DNA of 64,000 bases, from the NCBI GenBank assembly GCA_031414375.1, contig JANNVJ010000137.1, positions 22,780-86,779 on the forward strand. Direction: 5' to 3'. This stretch comes from Haliea sp. Its GTDB lineage: Bacteria > Pseudomonadota > Gammaproteobacteria > Pseudomonadales > Halieaceae. Below, piece after piece: positions 61,991 through 64,000 of this stretch; position 1 is the first letter of the stretch; every line of letters begins with the position of its first letter. A program made the position numbers and the translations under genes. The notes below the pieces were generated by a model. It did no database searches. It saw only the letters and a list, made by a program, of their open reading frames with translations, and had not been told where the DNA came from.

Positions 61991-64000
61991 AGCGTCAGCT
62001 CTCTGATCGTGGAAGTTTTCGCCCGCTCGGTCACTGCGTAGCGCGTTTCATCGTAGTTGTGGTCTTCGCAATCGCTGTCAATATCATCAGGGTTCGATTC
62101 ATCCCGAGGGACGATAGGTACCAATTCGATCCATTTTCGGCAGGTGTTGAAAATAAAAATGCCCGGACTCTCCATGGGCCTGGTCAAAGACGATTCGAGC
62201 AATGTGCGCAGTTTGTCGGCCCCGGCCTTTCTTGATCCGGCACGTTTGTCAGCATGGGTCCATTTGATTCCTGCCGCCGCCATGTTGTCAGCCACGCTGG
62301 TCGAATCATCGGTGTCAAATATCGAAGAGTCAGCGGCCCCAGGCTTAATTCGCTGCCCCCATGGAAATTGAGCCTCGCGCGCCCTAATGCCCTCGGCGAC
62401 ACTTTTGGCCGTCAAACGCAGGCCCTCATTTTCCTGTCCGGTTGATCCGTACCACTCCGCGATCCTGAACCATGTTCCACGTGGAAACGTTTTCAGGGTC
62501 CCGCTTGCCGTCTTAATTTGACTGCCGGATGACTCAGCCCACCATCCAACTGAAAAGGGTCTTGAAAATCCCCAATCCAGGCACCGCTTGATCCGCCAAC
62601 CAGGCGGAATATCGAACGGCTGCACAACATGCACGCGCTCGTCCCAAATATCGTCCAGCATACCGCCGCTGGTTACATCCCAAGAGCCATCGCCCCACGC
62701 CTTGCGCTTGTTCGGGTCCTTCACACTGCGGATGGTGTTTATGTAATTCGGGTCTAGGAAGGGGTTTTCCTTCATTGACCCGAATATCCTCACCCTCGTC
62801 CGGCCATTTTCAATGATGGGCACTCCGGCAGATGCTGGTGAAATGAAGTGTTTCTTGACCCAGTTATGGCCCCTGCCGTAGGGATTGGTTGTGCCTCGAA
62901 TCTTCAGAGGGATTGCGCGCCCCCCGTTTTTTGGCTGATAACTGGACCGATTGCACGACTTCATCGAATCATAAGGCTTTATATCTGGCCAGCCCGTCAG
63001 CTCATCCCAACCTATGTAGGGGTATTCGTGGCCGTGATATGACCAGTAATCGTCCTCATTTTTGAACGCCCTAAACAGCAATTCCTCGCCATCCGGGAAC
63101 ACCCACTTGTAATCGCCTTTGCTCGCTAGGAACCGCGCTTGTGGGAATATCTGTCTAAACCATCGCTTAGATCGCGAAACAATATCCTCCAGGTGCTTGT
63201 ACTCGCGCCGGAAGATGACGCCCCGCCAGTAGCCCTCAAATCCTTGGCCAACATCCTGCGCAAAATCCATCAGCAGCGTGTCGGTGTTATGTGTCACCAC
63301 AAAGTCACGTGTAATAAACAATCCGAGCGGGTGATCCACCTTGATACAAACCGTTTCTTGCTGCCCCAGAGCCCGAATATCTACAATGCGCCGCGAAAGC
63401 GTCTCGTGTTGATACTGCGTCATTCGCTCAGCTTTTCGCTGAAGCCGGAACGGGATAAATTTCCTTCCCGTCTGGACGTAGACGCGATATGCCAAGCGCC
63501 TAACAGTTTTCTTGGTTGTAACGCTTGCTTTTCCGCCTAGTGATCGAACCAGCCAGACAACATCCATCGCAAGCTGCTCACTTGATGAGCAAAATTCTAT
63601 ATACCCGCGAGCATCAATACTCCCATCGGTGTCCATGAGGCCTTGAAGAATCGCCAACCGATCCGCTGCAGGGGCTTCCTTGTACATCCCAGGAACGGAC
63701 TTTTCCCATGAGCGCTTTTTCAAAAGCCCGAGGCGCTTAATGCCTTGCGCGACCGCCGAGCTTCTTTTAACACCAAAACACCGCAGCCCATTGCGCTTGT
63801 CAGGTGCATACTCAACGAATCCGCCCGCAATCACTGCATCGGCCAACGCCGCGTCAACAGTGCAATACCGCACATCGCCCGCCGCATTCATTGAGCCATC
63901 ACCCAAAAGCAGCCCGAGAACGTAAGGATTAACCGGCCATTCTCGAAGGCGCATCCTGCGTGTTAATGCCACGCCTTCAAGTGTCGGAATGTGCAGCCTT
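61987..64000 (-). CDS. terL: Terminase large subunit (intein-containing); N-terminus beyond the right edge
   Basis: Frame open to the window edge; IGWDELT (Walker B), TTNPYGRGHNWVK, DWGFSRPF, DHNYDETRY. Confidence 0.93.
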   Translation of the reverse strand, partial: RLHIPTLEGVALTRRMRLREWPVNPYVLGLLLGDGSMNAAGDVRYCTVDAALADAVIAGGFVEYAPDKRNGLRCFGVKRSSAVAQGIKRLGLLKKRSWEKSVPGMYKEAPAADRLAILQGLMDTDGSIDARGYIEFCSSSEQLAMDVVWLVRSLGGKASVTTKKTVRRLAYRVYVQTGRKFIPFRLQRKAERMTQYQHETLSRRIVDIRALGQQETVCIKVDHPLGLFITRDFVVTHNTDTLLMDFAQDVGQGFEGYWRGVIFRREYKHLEDIVSRSKRWFRQIFPQARFLASKGDYKWVFPDGEELLFRAFKNEDDYWSYHGHEYPYIGWDELTGWPDIKPYDSMKSCNRSSYQPKNGGRAIPLKIRGTTNPYGRGHNWVKKHFISPASAGVPIIENGRTRVRIFGSMKENPFLDPNYINTIRSVKDPNKRKAWGDGSWDVTSGGMLDDIWDERVHVVQPFDIPPGWRIKRCLDWGFSRPFSVGWWAESSGSQIKTASGTLKTFPRGTWFRIAEWYGSTGQENEGLRLTAKSVAEGIRAREAQFPWGQRIKPGAADSSIFDTDDSTSVADNMAAAGIKWTHADKRAGSRKAGADKLRTLLESSLTRPMESPGIFIFNTCRKWIELVPIVPRDESNPDDIDSDCEDHNYDETRYAVTERAKTSTIRELTL
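63286..64000 (-). mobile_element. Intein with LAGLIDADG homing endonuclease (C-terminal part)
   Basis: VLGLLLGDG and ILQGLMDTDG motifs; block F/G TVCIKVD...FVVTHN followed by extein Thr. Confidence 0.92.

Larger units (their letters stand above)
43926..64000. mobile_element. Phage module B: siphovirus-type head and tail genes; right end beyond the window
   Basis: terL-portal-MuF-scaffold-capsid-neck-tail tube-chaperones-tape measure-tail tip order. Confidence 0.92.

Overview
The whole window is temperate-phage DNA, apparently from a proteobacterial host (inferred from sigma70-type promoters and two-component spanins). It contains two different virion-building modules joined at an att site. 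(A) 1-43.97 kb: a lambdoid-regulated, short-tailed (podovirus-type) phage. Its 933W/F116-like morphogenesis genes lie on the minus strand: TerS, TerL, P22-type portal, scaffold, N4-gp56-family capsid, tail genes and large ejection proteins running off the left edge. It also has a fibre/esterase cassette, a lysis cassette in unusual order, Q, a nin region, a replication initiator with iterons, a cro/cI switch with five visible operators, a RecT/YqaJ/DnaQ/SSB module, xis and a tyrosine integrase. (B) 43.93-64 kb: a siphovirus-type module, also on the minus strand: intein-containing TerL running off the right edge, portal, MuF, scaffold, capsid, tail tube, frameshifted chaperone, tape measure and a 1351-aa hub-fibre fusion. 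The junction is the 3' half of a tRNA-Arg(ACG), with the same TTTTGGCCGCAC repeat on both sides, so it looks like attP. The most novel lead is the membrane protein encoded just downstream of cI. Its C-terminal ~55 aa align with the N-terminus of the phage's own largest ejection protein, which suggests superinfection exclusion by mimicry. All family assignments come from recognising motifs by eye; no database searches were run.
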